A program made the position numbers and the translations under genes. 64,000 nucleotides of DNA from Candidatus Saccharimonadota bacterium (GTDB lineage: Bacteria; Patescibacteriota; Saccharimonadia; UBA4664). Each line of letters opens with the position of its first letter. Position 1 is the stretch's first letter. Where the stretch lies: NCBI GenBank assembly GCA_019352195.1, contig JACAFG010000002.1:19120-83119 (forward strand), read 5' to 3'. Of this stretch, positions 1-9,972 are shown piece by piece. The notes under the pieces are model-generated. The model was not told the DNA's origin and ran no database searches. It saw only the letters and a list, made by a program, of their open reading frames with translations.

Positions 1-15
1 AATCCCGATGGGGGC

Positions 16-987
16 ATGGCGCTGCAAACGAAAGCGTGGGGCGACTTTAAAGGTCGCTGGGGCTGGAAGCCGCACCGGTTCGTCTACGAATTAGCGGACG
101 GGCGCCGGGTAGCCGCGCAGTGGCTGGAGCGGCGCATTGGGGCTGGCCAAAGGATTTGGTACTGCCCCAAAGGACCTGGCGTAATCACGCCGGCCGATTA
201 CGCTGAAGTTGTTAGTCAGACTCGCGATCATTTGCCGGGCGTGTTCGCTCGGTTTGAGAGTGAAGTTTTAGCTGATAATGCTAAAGCCAGTGATCTGATC
301 GGGCTGGGTCTTGTTAAGGGCACGCGCGAGCCGGGGTCAAAATCGACCATATTCATGAACTTATCGCTCGGTGAAGCGGCGCTCCTGGCGAGTTTTAGCC
401 AGAGCGCGCGCCGTAATATCCGCAAAGCCGAGGCGGGCGGAGTAGTTGTATCACCGATGGAAGCGACGGCCGATAACCTCGATACGATGTTTGAGCTGAT
501 GAAAGCGACCGAGAAACGCGCCCATTACGGTTTGCGGCCCAAAGCTTACTTTTTGGACTATTGGCGAGCTCAAATTGAGGCCGGTCAGGGTCAACTGTTG
601 TTTGCGAGTGCCGGTCGGGAAATGCTGGCGGGGATTTTTGTGACATTTGTTGGCAAGCGAGCTTGGTATAAAGACGGCGGTTCCTTTGATAAGCGACGCG
701 AGCTGAATGCAACGTATTTGATGCAATGGGAAGTGATGCGCTGGCTGATGGCGCGCGGAATTACCAGCTATGATCTGGTAGGTGTGCCTAACCGCGATCA
801 AGTTGGCACGGGTGATTCTCGCGACGGCCTGTATGAATTTAAGGCTAAATTTAACCCTGAAATTACGGAATTTATTGGTACGTACGATCTGCCGGGCTCC
901 AATTTTGCTTATAAACTGTGGCTCAAAGGCGGAGAGCGCGTGGCTGGCAAATTAGCAAACAGCCGTCCCGAGCGCTTTCTATACTAA
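16..987 (+). CDS. FemAB/FemX family peptidoglycan bridge peptidyltransferase (true start probably upstream of the window)
   Basis: LQTxxWGxFK, YCPKGP, RRNIRKA, YLMQWEVM, YDLxG and GLYxFKxKF motifs; near murE. Confidence 0.85.
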   Translation: MALQTKAWGDFKGRWGWKPHRFVYELADGRRVAAQWLERRIGAGQRIWYCPKGPGVITPADYAEVVSQTRDHLPGVFARFESEVLADNAKASDLIGLGLVKGTREPGSKSTIFMNLSLGEAALLASFSQSARRNIRKAEAGGVVVSPMEATADNLDTMFELMKATEKRAHYGLRPKAYFLDYWRAQIEAGQGQLLFASAGREMLAGIFVTFVGKRAWYKDGGSFDKRRELNATYLMQWEVMRWLMARGITSYDLVGVPNRDQVGTGDSRDGLYEFKAKFNPEITEFIGTYDLPGSNFAYKLWLKGGERVAGKLANSRPERFLY

Positions 988-1053
988 ATTGAGCCCAAAA
1001 TGAAGCGACCCCCGACTGGCTTGTCGGAGGTCGTTGCTTCAGGTGAAGCCTGG

Positions 1054-1596
1054 TCAGCTAGCCGGGGGCGTTGGCTGCTGAATGCGATCGTTCGCCTGTG
1101 GCAGGTGGTCGACCAGCCACGCGAAACCGCGCTTAGTGGGCTCGATGATGAGATCGTAATCGCAGGCGACTTCCTGGTGCTGTGGGGTGCCACTGAAGTC
1201 CAAGGACACTTCGACCAGATGATCACTCTGAAGCGCATAGATCAGTCGGTCGATGGCTCGAAGATCTTTACCGGTGAACTCGGCCAGATCCCACTTGGTT
1301 TGACCACGCAGGTTGCAGATTACCGTCATGACTATGAGCTTGATCTGGTCGTACTCGTAGTCTTCGGTCCGGTACGTGGACGGTGGTCGGTCTACTTGGT
1401 ACTGCGGGATGTAGACGGGAGTCCACGACAGACGGCTGAGCGTGTTGGTGATCAGGTCGAGAAGCTTGCGGCGACGGTCGAGCAGGTTTTGATGCTGGCC
1501 GACGGGGTAGACGATGGCGGCCCATAATACTCCGAGCGCTACGATGAATCCGGCGATGATGAGGCTCGTGAAAACGGGTGATAGATTGGCGAGCAT
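1054..1596 (-). CDS. hypothetical protein with N-terminal TM helix
   Basis: 180-aa ORF, hydrophobic N-terminus, AAGGA RBS upstream, hairpin at 1003-1039 downstream. Confidence 0.55.
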   Translation of the reverse strand: MLANLSPVFTSLIIAGFIVALGVLWAAIVYPVGQHQNLLDRRRKLLDLITNTLSRLSWTPVYIPQYQVDRPPSTYRTEDYEYDQIKLIVMTVICNLRGQTKWDLAEFTGKDLRAIDRLIYALQSDHLVEVSLDFSGTPQHQEVACDYDLIIEPTKRGFAWLVDHLPQANDRIQQPTPPAS

Positions 1597-1620
1597 GGCC
1601 GTCCTTTTCGAAGTGGGGAG

Positions 1621-1941
1621 CTACAGGATTGAGCCTATGGGGTGCTTGAGGGCGGAGATGCCGGCGTCGGTGATTGTCAGGACGAACGGGCCGTCGGCGT
1701 TGTTGTGATTGATCTGGCCCTGACTGATGAGGGCGTTGGTGGCGCGATTGAACCGGCGGCGAGGTCCGGCGAGACGGTCACGAGCAAACTGCTCGGTGCA
1801 CGTACCGTGGTGGTCATGGATTACGACCAGGATGGCACGCTGATCCATATTGCTGTGGTGCCGACCAACAACATAGGCGACGATTGAAGCTGCAACCACC
1901 AAACCAGCGGCCCACAACATGGCCGTGACGATGAGGGACAT
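1621..1941 (-). CDS. hypothetical membrane-anchored protein, possible winged-helix C-terminus
   Basis: TM N-terminus, then LISQGQI...LTITDAGISAL wHTH-like ending; minus-strand promoter TTGCCT-N17-TATTAT at about 2002-2030. Confidence 0.55.
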   Translation of the reverse strand: MSLIVTAMLWAAGLVVAASIVAYVVGRHHSNMDQRAILVVIHDHHGTCTEQFARDRLAGPRRRFNRATNALISQGQINHNNADGPFVLTITDAGISALKHPIGSIL

Positions 1942-2075
1942 AATTACCTGCTTTCAAGCTGCGGGGCGACGTTGCCGCCGATGATATCCAGGAATTTTCA
2001 CATAATACCATCAAATGTTATTTTAGGCAACCATTTAAGCGTGTGGCATACTAAATGTATTAACCGGATATCTTC

Positions 2076-3383
2076 ATGTTTCGCAAAGGTGTAAAACGAC
2101 TCATTCCCGCCCAACTATTTCGTACAATTGAGCCGTTTGGGCATTTGTTGGAAGCCATGATGTGGAACGTGGTGGAAGGCTTCCCGGCACGGGGACTGAA
2201 GGTGATTGGTGTGACTGGTACGGATGGTAAGACGACGACCGCTACCATGATATATACGCTTTTGAATGATGCCGGCATGAAGACTGGGCTCATGACAACG
2301 ATTGGCTATGGCGTGCCCGAGAACTGGCATGACAATAAAGTCCACATGACGACGATGGCAACGCGGCCGATGCTGAAGCGAATAAAAGAGCTGCGGGCTG
2401 AAGGGATTGAGTGGTTGGTGCTGGAAACTACTAGTCATGCGTTGGCGCAGTACCGCGTGTGGGGAATTCCCTACAGTCTGGCAGTGATGACCAACATTAC
2501 GCACGAGCATCTTGATTATCACGGTACCTTTGAGCGCTATCGTGACGCTAAACGCCGTTTGTTTAAGCTAGCCGCTGCCAACGTGCATGGTTTGCAGACG
2601 GGAGTGGTAAATGCCGATGATCCCAGTGCCCACTTGTTTTTGAAGGATGTGCCGCGCGAGGTGAGTTATGGCTCGGATCACGGCGCCGATCTCACGCCGC
2701 ACAACATTGTGAGCACTCCAGCAGGGAGTACTTACACGGTTAAGACGGATGCCGGTGAGCTACACGTTAAGGTGAATTTGCCAGGCACGTTTAATGTGAG
2801 CAATTCGCTGGCGGCCATAGGTGTCGGCTTAGTACTGGGACTGAAGGCCAAGCAACTGGAGCACGGTATTGCGGCCCTGAAAACGGTTGAAGGACGAATG
2901 AATAGTATTGATGAAGGTCAGGACTTTGGGGTGATTGTAGATTTTGCCCATACCCCAGATAGCTTTGACAAAATTCTGAGCAGTTTTAGAGCTCTGAGCA
3001 CGGGGCGACTTATTGTTGTCTTTGGGTCGGCTGGGCGACGTGATGAGGCTAAACGAGGTCAGCAAGGTGCCAGCGCTGGTAAATACGCTGATCTGGTAGT
3101 CGTAACCGAAGAAGATGACCGTGATGCTGACGGGCAAATAATTATGAATCAGATAGCCGCTGGGGCAAAGACGAGTGGCAAAGTGCGTGGCACCGATCTG
3201 ATTCTGATTGCGGATAGGACAGAGGCCATTAACCATGCCATAAATGAGGCCAAAGCTGGTGATACCGTGCTTTTACTTGGTAAAGGCCACGAAAAGACCA
3301 TTGAGCGAGCTGATGGCGAGCATCCGTGGGACGAAATTGGGACGGCGCGAGCGGCAGTTCGGGCTCGATTACGCAAAAAGTAA
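2076..3383 (+). CDS. murE: UDP-N-acetylmuramoyl-tripeptide synthetase (MurE)
   Basis: GVTGTDGKTT, ETTSHAL, TNITHEHLDYH, DFAHTPD and GKGHE motifs. Confidence 0.95.
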   Translation: MFRKGVKRLIPAQLFRTIEPFGHLLEAMMWNVVEGFPARGLKVIGVTGTDGKTTTATMIYTLLNDAGMKTGLMTTIGYGVPENWHDNKVHMTTMATRPMLKRIKELRAEGIEWLVLETTSHALAQYRVWGIPYSLAVMTNITHEHLDYHGTFERYRDAKRRLFKLAAANVHGLQTGVVNADDPSAHLFLKDVPREVSYGSDHGADLTPHNIVSTPAGSTYTVKTDAGELHVKVNLPGTFNVSNSLAAIGVGLVLGLKAKQLEHGIAALKTVEGRMNSIDEGQDFGVIVDFAHTPDSFDKILSSFRALSTGRLIVVFGSAGRRDEAKRGQQGASAGKYADLVVVTEEDDRDADGQIIMNQIAAGAKTSGKVRGTDLILIADRTEAINHAINEAKAGDTVLLLGKGHEKTIERADGEHPWDEIGTARAAVRARLRKK

Positions 3384-3534
3384 GCGTAAGAACTTGGAGG
3401 GACGCACCCTAGCGACAGATAGACGGATGAGCTAGATCTATGCTATAAAACCTTAACTTTGAGCGTTGGATACGCTCAGGTGGTACTTTGGTTGCGTGAA
3501 AGTCACGCAGCGCCCGTCCGAAGGGGTGATTGGC

Positions 3535-4197
3535 ATGACGCAGACGTGGGAGCGGTTTGTTGTTACGATCGACGGCCCATCGGGCGTCGGGAAGCGGAGT
3601 TTGCGTAGAGGAATGGCGAATACCCTCGACATGCGCCAACTTGATACCGGTACGCTTTACCGGGCGGTAGCAATTATGTGCCGAAATAACGGAGTCGATA
3701 CGGCTGATCCGATTGCCACCGGTGCGCTGGTAGGTGAGGCGGTGTTTGAGCTGGATGATGGCGAAGTGGCTTACGCCAACGGTATCTATATCGCGTTTGA
3801 TATGCGTTCCGCGTACGCCGATAAGCACTCGGCAATTGTCTCGCAGCATCCATCCGTGCGAGCGGCCCTCATGGACTTTCAGGTCAACTTTGCACGAGGA
3901 GGCGGTATTCTCGATGGACGGGACACCGGTGTAAGTGTTTGGCCCGCTGCTCAGCTAAAGCTGTTTCTCACGGCCGATCCCGAAGAGCGGGCGAAGCGTC
4001 GGGCAGCAGACATTGGGACGAGTGATGTGGCCGGAGTAGCGGCCGAGCTTGCTCTACGTGACTACAGCGACGCCAACCGAGCCACGTCGCCAACAGCGGC
4101 AGCCCCCGATGCGCACTTCATTGACTCCACGAGCCTCTCAATTGACGAGGTGTTGGCTCTGGCGTTGACGATGTGGTACGAACGACGGTCGGCCTAA
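3535..4197 (+). CDS. cmk: cytidylate kinase
   Basis: IDGPSGVGK, LDTGTLYRAVA, DGRDTG, KLFLTA and RDYSDANR motifs. Confidence 0.9.
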   Translation: MTQTWERFVVTIDGPSGVGKRSLRRGMANTLDMRQLDTGTLYRAVAIMCRNNGVDTADPIATGALVGEAVFELDDGEVAYANGIYIAFDMRSAYADKHSAIVSQHPSVRAALMDFQVNFARGGGILDGRDTGVSVWPAAQLKLFLTADPEERAKRRAADIGTSDVAGVAAELALRDYSDANRATSPTAAAPDAHFIDSTSLSIDEVLALALTMWYERRSA

Positions 4198-4210
4198 GCA
4201 GATCACAACG

Positions 4211-4248
4211 GTGCCCGGTAGGAACTCAAGTGGGTTCCTACCGGGCAC
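4211..4248 (+). terminator. strong hairpin after cmk
   Basis: GTGCCCGGTAGGAAC...GTTCCTACCGGGCAC inverted repeat. Confidence 0.7.
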
Positions 4249-4368
4249 GTAGTCGTTTGAAGAAGGTTGTAAGTCGGTGGGCGGATGAGAAATTGCTGGT
4301 TTCTAGGGACTGAGTCGGTAGACTCAGGCAGAGGAGTACGCTGGTTAAGTCGTCGGACCGCACGCGCG

Positions 4369-5316
4369 CTAAAGCTGATTTTGATCCATATAGCCCGTGT
4401 ACCAGGAATAATTGTGGCCGAGGAATTTAGCGATTAACTCGATGCCGAGTTCGGCTGTCTTGCCGAGCTGGTCTTGCAGTGGATTGTACTCAACCACATC
4501 CACGCCAATGACGTTACAGTGATGGCCAATGTACTCGGCTACCGTGGCAATTTCGCGGTACGTCATACCCTTGGCGTTGGGCATGCCGGCGCCGGGAGCG
4601 TAAATTTGGTCGATACAGTCAAGATCGAGGCTAATCCAGATAGCGGGAACGCGGGAATTTAGCTCGTCGATAGCCGTAATAAGCCCGCCCAGACCTTGGG
4701 TTAAGAGATCAAACAGCGTGAAGGCGTGTAGGTTTTCGCGCTTGATGAGGTCGAGCTCGGCTTGATCCCAGTCACTGCCGCCCACATGAAGGAGCTGGTC
4801 GGTAGCAAGTTTCGTCTGCTCGCCGTGCACATGCGCGAGCTCAGGCGCACCGAAGCCCATGAGGCTGGCTAGGTGCATGCCATGGATGTTACCTGATAGG
4901 GTAGTGTCAGCCGTGTTCATGTCGCCATGGGCGTCGAAGTAGATGAGGCCAATATTGCCATTTTGGGAGGCGCTGGCGCCGGACATGGCGCCAAGATTAA
5001 CCGAGTGGTCGCCGCCAATGACAACAACTTTATGGCCGGACGTAATAGCGGCCTCGGTTTGGGCTGCAAGTTTGGTGTTGACGCGGACGATCTCGTCTAG
5101 ATAGCGTAAATTGGGCAGTCCCGGATCTAGCTCAGTGCGGTCGCCGACAGCAATATTGCCGCTATCGCTGAGACTTAGCCCGCTTTTACGCAGCTTGGTG
5201 ACGATATTTTGATGCCGAAATGCTTCGGGGCCAATGTTAACGCCTAAGTTTTTGGCGCCGAGGTCGAGAGGTACGCCAATGAGGGTAATTGGATGGTCGC
5301 TAGATTGATGGCTCAT
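4369..5316 (-). CDS. rocF: arginase family protein
   Basis: GGDHS, DAHGD, GNIHGM, SLDLDCID and VEYNP motifs. Confidence 0.88.
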   Translation of the reverse strand: MSHQSSDHPITLIGVPLDLGAKNLGVNIGPEAFRHQNIVTKLRKSGLSLSDSGNIAVGDRTELDPGLPNLRYLDEIVRVNTKLAAQTEAAITSGHKVVVIGGDHSVNLGAMSGASASQNGNIGLIYFDAHGDMNTADTTLSGNIHGMHLASLMGFGAPELAHVHGEQTKLATDQLLHVGGSDWDQAELDLIKRENLHAFTLFDLLTQGLGGLITAIDELNSRVPAIWISLDLDCIDQIYAPGAGMPNAKGMTYREIATVAEYIGHHCNVIGVDVVEYNPLQDQLGKTAELGIELIAKFLGHNYSWYTGYMDQNQL

Positions 5317-5374
5317 TGGCATTAGTATACTCGACCCCTGGGGTCTGCGCTCAAAATCTTGTACCATAAGAGGC

Positions 5375-6721
5375 ATGAACATTGCACCGAATCTCTTCAA
5401 AGCTTACGATATTCGCGGTCTCGTGGGGTCAGAATTAACCTCACCAATTGCTGAAGCGGTTGGACGCGGCTTAGCAGACTGGCTGCCGAGTATGGGGCCC
5501 GTGGCAGTGGGCTACGATATGCGGCCGGATTCGCGCGAGCTAGCGGCAGCCGTTCGGCATGGCCTAACACTTCAGGGCCGAGACGTTATAGATATCGGTG
5601 AGGTGGCTTCGGACATGATTTATTACGCTGTGGGATCGTTGAAGGCGGCGGGCGGCGCAATGGTGACCGCTAGCCACAATCCAGGCCAATATAACGGCAT
5701 CAAGATGTGTGCTGAAGCGGCGCGTCCAATTAGTATCGAGACGGGCCTAGCGGATATTCGAGACGCTATCGAGGCGGATGATTACAAGGTGGTGGATCGC
5801 CGCGGCGAGATAACAAAACGCAATATTATGGATGCTTGGGTAACGCACGCTTTGTCTTTTGTCGAGCCAAAATCCTGGCCCGCGTATCATATTGCCGTGG
5901 ATACGGGGAATGGCATGGGCGGCGAGGTGATGCCTCATTTGGATGATAAAACGCCGCTCGTGATTGAACCGATGTTTTACAAGCTCGATGGGACCTTCCC
6001 AAACCACCCTGCAAATCCGTTAGTGGCCGCTAATTTGGTTGACGAGGTGGCCGAAATTAAGGCTGATCGCCTCGATTTTGGGATTGCCTTTGATGGTGAT
6101 GGCGATCGGGCCTTCTTGGTGGACGAAACGGGTCGGATTGTACCGGGCAATATCATGTCGGCGTTTTTGGCCAAACACTTTTTGAAGCAATTTCCGGGCT
6201 CTAATATTATCTATGACGCTCGTAACAGCCGCCTGGTGGTAGATGTCATTACCGAAAATGGCGGCATCCCGATAAAAAGTCGGGTGGGTCACTCGTTTAT
6301 TAAACAGGCGATGCGCGAAAACGATGCGCCGTTCGGCGGCGAATTCTCGGGTCACTTTTATTTTCGCGACAATTACTACGCTGATTCGGGTTTAATTGCG
6401 GCTCTCGTCGGTGTGCAAGTGGTGGCAGATTCGGGTAAGACGTTATCTGGTTTAGTAGATGAATACGCCAGTCGATATGCCCGTAGCCAGGAAAACAATT
6501 TTAAGGTAGCTGATAAAGCGGCGATGCTCGCGCGACTCGAGCGTACTTTTGCTGATGGCGAGGCCGATCATTTTGATGGGTTGACCGTGAACTATGCGGA
6601 TTGGTGGTTTAACGCCAGACCAAGCAATACCGAGCCATTTTTACGCTTGAACGTAGAAGCAACAACACCCCAAAGGCTCGACGAAAAGCTTGATCAACTC
6701 ACCCAAATCCTAAACGGCTAA
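5375..6721 (+). CDS. phosphomannomutase/phosphoglucomutase
   Basis: FKAYDIRG, TASHNP, DGDGDR, GEFSGH and RPSNTEP motifs. Confidence 0.95.
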   Translation: MNIAPNLFKAYDIRGLVGSELTSPIAEAVGRGLADWLPSMGPVAVGYDMRPDSRELAAAVRHGLTLQGRDVIDIGEVASDMIYYAVGSLKAAGGAMVTASHNPGQYNGIKMCAEAARPISIETGLADIRDAIEADDYKVVDRRGEITKRNIMDAWVTHALSFVEPKSWPAYHIAVDTGNGMGGEVMPHLDDKTPLVIEPMFYKLDGTFPNHPANPLVAANLVDEVAEIKADRLDFGIAFDGDGDRAFLVDETGRIVPGNIMSAFLAKHFLKQFPGSNIIYDARNSRLVVDVITENGGIPIKSRVGHSFIKQAMRENDAPFGGEFSGHFYFRDNYYADSGLIAALVGVQVVADSGKTLSGLVDEYASRYARSQENNFKVADKAAMLARLERTFADGEADHFDGLTVNYADWWFNARPSNTEPFLRLNVEATTPQRLDEKLDQLTQILNG

Positions 6722-6749
6722 TCTGTAGATAGCCTATGGAGGCTTATAT

Positions 6750-6776
6750 TTGGCACTCACTAATTTAGAGTGCTAG
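6750..6776 (+). promoter_or_regulatory. CIRCE element (HrcA operator)
   Basis: TTGGCACTC-N9-GAGTGCTAG directly upstream of groES; matches TTAGCACTC-N9-GAGTGCTAA. Confidence 0.9.
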
Positions 6777-6829
6777 AATAAATGTAACGAGTCGCTTTCG
6801 AGCGGCTCCTTAAGTGGAAAAAGGAGTTT

Positions 6830-7111
6830 GTGATGAAGCTTATACCAGCTGATGACCGAATTATTGCTTTGCAGACTAAGCCGGAGACGAAGACAAATTC
6901 GGGATTGTTATTGTCGACGGGAGTAGAAATTAAGCCCCCAACCTGTACGGTGGTATCGGTGGGTAAGGACATTCATACTTACAAGCCAGGTGACATCATT
7001 ATGTTTGCTGAGCCCCACTCGAGCGACTCAACATTTCGCAAATTCGTGATTGATGATGAAGAGTACGTGTTTCTCAAGCAGGCTGATGTAATGGCTAAAG
7101 TAGAGGGTTAA
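6830..7111 (+). CDS. groES: co-chaperonin GroES
   Basis: P-DDRI, KTNSGLLL, VVSVG; precedes groEL. Confidence 0.88.
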   Translation: MMKLIPADDRIIALQTKPETKTNSGLLLSTGVEIKPPTCTVVSVGKDIHTYKPGDIIMFAEPHSSDSTFRKFVIDDEEYVFLKQADVMAKVEG

Positions 7112-7120
7112 GGAGGAAAT

Positions 7121-8791
7121 ATGGCAAAGAAGATTTTTTATGATGATGATGCTCGCGGCCGAGTGTTGGCTGGCGCCAAAGAACTCTATGACGCCGTTAA
7201 GGTAACAATGGGACCAAAGGGCCGTAACGTGGTGATTCAGCGCAGCTATGGCGGACCGGCCGTAACTCATGATGGCGTGACGGTTGCAAAAGCTGTCGAA
7301 ATCAACGAGTCAGTAAAAGACGATGCCTCATTGGGTAAGAGCGTGGGGGCAGAGCTAATTAAGAGTGCAGCTTCAAAGACGGCTGATAACGTTGGTGACG
7401 GTACAACCACTTCGACGGTACTGGCTTATCACATTTTGAATGAGGCTAATAAACTGGTTGCTGCCGGTCATAACCCGATGGACCTAAAAAAGGGCCTAGA
7501 TGAGGCGGCAGCGCTGGTTTTGGGCGCGGTTGGCAGTATGACCGAGCAAATTGCCGGTAAACGGGACAAAGTGGCTCAGGTAGCGACGGTATCGGCCGGA
7601 GACGCCGAAATTGGTGATTTAATTGCTGACGTGATTGAAGCTGTAGGTAACGATGGCAGTGTCACGGTTGAGCAGAGTCAAACTTTGGGTCTGGAGAAGG
7701 AAATTGTTGAAGGCTTCCAGATTGATCGCGGTTACATTAGTGCTTACATGTCGACTGATATGGTGCGAATGGAAGCCAGCTATGAAAAGCCGTTGATTTT
7801 GGTGACCGACAAGAAGATCGGTAATATTCAGGAAATCTTGCCGCTGCTCGAGAAGATCGCTCAGGGCGGTAAGAAAGAACTGGTGATTATTGCCGAAGAT
7901 GTTGAAGGCGACGCTTTGGCAACGCTTATTTTGAACCGGCTAAAGGGCGTTTTTAATACGCTAGCCATTAAGGCGCCTTCGTTTGGTGATCGCCGCAAAG
8001 CGACACTTGAAGATATTGCGATTCTTACGGGCGCAACCGTGATTAGCGAAGAAATGGGCTATTCATTTGAGAATGCCACGATCGAGATGCTGGGAACGGC
8101 CCGCAAAGTAATTTCGGATAAAGATTCGACCACAATTATTGAAGGCTCTGGTGATGCCAAAACCGTAGCCGAGCGTATGACCCAAATCAAAGCGCAGGCT
8201 GAAGATGCGACGAGCGAGTACGACAAGGAAAATCTTGAGAAGCGTTTGGCGGCTCTGGCTGGCAAAGTGGCGGTAATTAAGGTTGGCGGGGCTACCGAGA
8301 CCGAAATGAATGAGAAGAAAGACCGCGTTGATGATGCAGTGGCGGCTACGAAAGCAGCTGTGGCCGAGGGAATTGTTCCTGGCGGCGGGGTAACACTGGT
8401 CGATTTGAGTAAGAAGCTGGAAGTCGCGGCGACGACTGTTTCGAGCTCGGCACATGCAGGTCAATTGATTTTGAAAAACGCGCTAATGCAGCCGTTTAAG
8501 CAATTGATGCTAAACGCCGGTTTGAACGCCGAAGAGAAGCTGTCTAAGGTAATGGAATCGTCCGCCACCGGTATGGGTTTTGATGTGAACCAGGCAGATA
8601 AGTTGGTTAACCTTAAGGCGCAGGGAATTGTCGACCCGGCTAAAGTTACTCGTGAAGCGATTCAAAATGCCGTTTCGGTGGCCGGCACGGCTATGACTAT
8701 GGGCGCGCTGATCGTCGAGTTGCCAGAAGAAAAAGCGGCTCCATCGGCTGGTGGTGGCATGCCCGGCGGCATGGGCGGAATGGACTATTAA
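7121..8791 (+). CDS. groEL: chaperonin GroEL
   Basis: GPKGRNV, GDGTTT, GIVPGGG and GGM tail. Confidence 0.99.
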   Translation: MAKKIFYDDDARGRVLAGAKELYDAVKVTMGPKGRNVVIQRSYGGPAVTHDGVTVAKAVEINESVKDDASLGKSVGAELIKSAASKTADNVGDGTTTSTVLAYHILNEANKLVAAGHNPMDLKKGLDEAAALVLGAVGSMTEQIAGKRDKVAQVATVSAGDAEIGDLIADVIEAVGNDGSVTVEQSQTLGLEKEIVEGFQIDRGYISAYMSTDMVRMEASYEKPLILVTDKKIGNIQEILPLLEKIAQGGKKELVIIAEDVEGDALATLILNRLKGVFNTLAIKAPSFGDRRKATLEDIAILTGATVISEEMGYSFENATIEMLGTARKVISDKDSTTIIEGSGDAKTVAERMTQIKAQAEDATSEYDKENLEKRLAALAGKVAVIKVGGATETEMNEKKDRVDDAVAATKAAVAEGIVPGGGVTLVDLSKKLEVAATTVSSSAHAGQLILKNALMQPFKQLMLNAGLNAEEKLSKVMESSATGMGFDVNQADKLVNLKAQGIVDPAKVTREAIQNAVSVAGTAMTMGALIVELPEEKAAPSAGGGMPGGMGGMDY

Positions 8792-8811
8792 CAAAGTCTA
8801 GCCTGATCTAT

Positions 8812-8840
8812 AAAGAGGCTCCTGCGGGAGCCTCTTTCTT
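8812..8840 (+). terminator. intrinsic terminator of groESL
   Basis: AAAGAGGCTCC-TGCG-GGAGCCTCTTT followed by CTT. Confidence 0.85.
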
Positions 8841-8865
8841 GTTGGTTAAGCCACGACTGATGTAA

Positions 8866-8895
8866 TTGACGACAACTTTTGTGATGTGGTACTGT
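8866..8895 (+). promoter_or_regulatory. sigma70-type promoter of candidate RNA unit 1
   Basis: TTGACG-N18-TACTGT with TGn extended -10. Confidence 0.65.
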
Positions 8896-8901
8896 CTGTT
8901 C

Positions 8902-9922
8902 CATCACGTGGCGTTTATAGCCATAAGAATTTTGACACTTCGGTTAGATTTCTGCCTCGATTGTTCGGCTGATAGCTTCGGTAGTACCGCGGTTGCCAGC
9001 CGAACAAACGAGTGCACCGTTTGTTTTGCCTTTGTCTGCGCGCGCTCGATTTTTGAACGAACGGCGGATAGAGTCCACGCCAGCAATTTCATAGTGAACC
9101 GGGCAACCGGGCCGCTTGAGTTAGTTGGCTGTGAGCTGAGTCGGTGGGCATGTCCATCGGCGTTCATTGACGGGCTGCCTGTAGCTCGCGAAGTCCTCGG
9201 AACAGATACCGAGGCAATCGAACAGCCCCGCACGTAAGTCTGCGCGGCAAAAGGCGCCGGCCGATCATCATATCGGCGGCAAACCGTTGTGCCTCAAGAA
9301 CGTCGGGCGTCATGAAGTAACGTCCCGAAACGGCTTGAGTTCATGTCCTGCGATGGTGTTAGGAGTGAACGGCTTGAACGCTCGTGACCCGACCTTGTAG
9401 TTTGTCCTGGCCCTTCGACCCTGTCCATGTCACTGCGAGGGGCGCTCAGCGCTCAACCAAACCTCCGGCCCGCCGCGGCCACCTGATCCCGTCGATCGCC
9501 GCGAACATGGGATCAATGCAACATTGATTCGCGGCAACTGCTATGTGGATGCGGCGTCGAAGCTGCCGTGTCCTCGGTTGGTGTTGGTTCTCGTTCACAC
9601 CAAGTGCTGTTCGCAGGGCGGACAACACATGATTTCAGCACTGTGCCGAGGCTCTGTCATGCGGCGTATCTTTGCGGCCTGGCCGCGTCTGTGGGACTCA
9701 GACGGGCGAGCCGAACAATTACGGATGGCGCCAAAGATCACGAACAGCGCACGAGAAGTGCTGATTGGCATTGTTGATTAAAGTTAGTACTACGGCCGCC
9801 AGGGCCGGCCCTGCGATAGGGCAAAATTTGGACCGCGCGGTTGGCGGACGGGGTTCGCAAGACCCTCGTCCGCCAACTGACCGCCATTGTGGGCGTTTGT
9901 ACAATTGTACGAGCGCCCTTTT
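8902..9922 (+). ncRNA. candidate large structured ncRNA, unit 1 (about 1020 nt)
   Basis: Bounded by promoter and terminator, no protein-like ORF, many hairpins with plus-strand G-U pairs. Confidence 0.6.
9891..9922 (+). terminator. intrinsic terminator of unit 1
   Basis: GGGCGTTTGTAC...GTACGAGCGCCC followed by TTTT. Confidence 0.75.
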
Positions 9923-9937
9923 GCTTAACAAAAGTTG

Positions 9938-9966
9938 TTGACAAAGTTAGACTAATATGCTACTGT
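9938..9966 (+). promoter_or_regulatory. sigma70-type promoter of candidate RNA unit 2
   Basis: TTGACA-N17-TACTGT with TGn extended -10. Confidence 0.75.
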
Positions 9967-9972
9967 TTTTCT

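Noticed and set aside
1000-1527. 175-aa plus-strand ORF
   Set aside because: Antisense shadow of the minus-strand gene, which has RBS, promoter and terminator support.
4331-4363. Resemblance to 16S rRNA (GGAGTACG...GGTTAA...CCGCAC)
   Set aside because: Spacing is wrong and the flanks have no rRNA similarity.
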